From assembly GCA_036785375.1 (NCBI GenBank), contig JAWMAR010000177.1, forward strand, positions 1,612,001 through 1,676,000: DNA of 64,000 nucleotides, read 5' to 3'. Below are positions 62,866-64,000 of this stretch, piece after piece. A program made the position numbers and the translations under genes. The notes under the pieces were generated by a model that saw only the letters and a program-made list of their open reading frames with translations, was not told the DNA's origin and searched no databases. Each line of letters starts with the position of its first letter. The first letter of the stretch is position 1. The DNA comes from Leucoraja ocellata. Its lineage: Eukaryota.

Positions 62866-63597
62866 CACGTTGACTGTGCCGTGGTCTTAACTGAGCGATT
62901 TAAAAAAATAAAATAAAATAATTGTGTAAAGCGGAAAAAACCTCTAAATTTGTGAGATTGGTAATAGGCCATTTTCACGGGGCGACTTGACGCAAGATGT
63001 AGCCAGAGTGAAGTGGTCGTGGCCTAGCACGATATCACACGATATAACGGGGGGTAGACAAAGAGTTCCCATGGTACTCGGCATTTCTGTTATTTGTGCG
63101 AGTGACTTGTCCGTCTCCCGAGCTTTCCCGTTAAATCTTGAATGACATTGTATACTGTCAAGTGTAATTAAATCATCACGTGGCACAAATGGTGTCACTT
63201 TTTTTTTTCACACACTATAGATATCCTCCCTTGGTTGAATTGGTATATACACACACAAAGCAGAGTTTTACTGTGTATATGGGAGACACAGATGGAGTGA
63301 GCACAGTTACTCAGTCTTTACTGTGTGTGGGTGAGGGGGAGAAATAGACGTACACTCACAGAGGCAGAGTCTCTCAGCCTGTGTGAGAGGGAGAGAGGCA
63401 CTGACCACCGGGCTGGTTGTCGGGGCTGGCGTGTTGCGTTTCACAGACCGAACTTGGGACGGGACTGGAGTTGGGAGGGAAAGGTGGGGGAGTCGAGGGA
63501 GAGGAGGGGGAGACAGATGGGGGTGTCTTCATTTAGTGGCGGTGGGTGTCTGTCACTGAAACAGGCAGGTGAGATTTCACATCCACCTTGTGTGTGC

Positions 63598-63617
<20 letters not shown>

Positions 63618-63628
<11 letters not shown>

Positions 63629-64000
63629 CCTCCCTCTCACACAGGCATGAATGGATGAACTCCGCGGGCCAGGCAGCATCTACGGAGGGAAATGGACAGG
63701 CGACCCATTCTTCAGGCTGCCTTATGTCTCTCTCCCCCCAACTCCCACCCACACACACGAATGCTGGAGAAACTCAGCGGGTGCAGCGGGGCCGAAACGT
63801 TGTCTATTTCCTTTGTTCCATAGATGCTGCTGCACCCGCTGAGTTTCTCCAGCATTCGCGTGTGTGGGTGGGAGTTGGTGGGGGAGAGAGACACAAGGCA
63901 GCCTGAAGAATGGGTCGCCTGTCCATTTCCCTCCGTAAATGCTGCCTGGCCCGCGGAGTTCCTCCAGTCATGCCTGTGTGAGAGGGAGGGAGGGAGAGAG
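63618..64000. repeat. Long inverted repeat (arms of at least 170 bp) built from Penelope-terminus pieces
   Basis: 63618-63787 is the reverse complement of 63829-64000 with few mismatches. It runs off the window. Confidence 0.92.

Overview
This is eukaryotic genomic DNA from a cartilaginous fish, most likely a skate or ray, judged from HE1-type V-SINEs, HER1/CR1 LINE ends and Deu-SINE relics. It is mostly intronic or intergenic and dense in transposons. The only firmly supported host gene is a type II classical cadherin on the minus strand (closest to CDH6/9/10; ortholog not determined). Three canonical GT-AG exons of 137, 122 and 118 bp (10508-10644, 9738-9859, 5302-5419) splice in frame across EC4-EC5. 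I found no upstream cadherin exons in the remaining 53 kb. A young Gypsy element is cut off mid-integrase 280 bp upstream of the first visible exon. Three candidate non-cadherin minus-strand exons lie further upstream, and two of them are phase-compatible with the cadherin. Mobile DNA includes CR1, Rex1/Babar and Tx1 LINE fragments, Penelope-like elements (PLEs; GIY-YIG/RT) with many fold-back mini-copies carrying minimal hammerhead-ribozyme-like cores and roughly 14-bp target-site duplications (TSDs), a solo LTR, Harbinger- and hAT-type MITEs, a Helitron-like element and a structured RTE-like short retroposon. A 200-N assembly gap lies at 52186-52385. Repeat boundaries were read by eye and are approximate unless a TSD or terminal inverted repeat (TIR) is cited. 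Repeat family names come from recalled consensus sequences, not from database searches.
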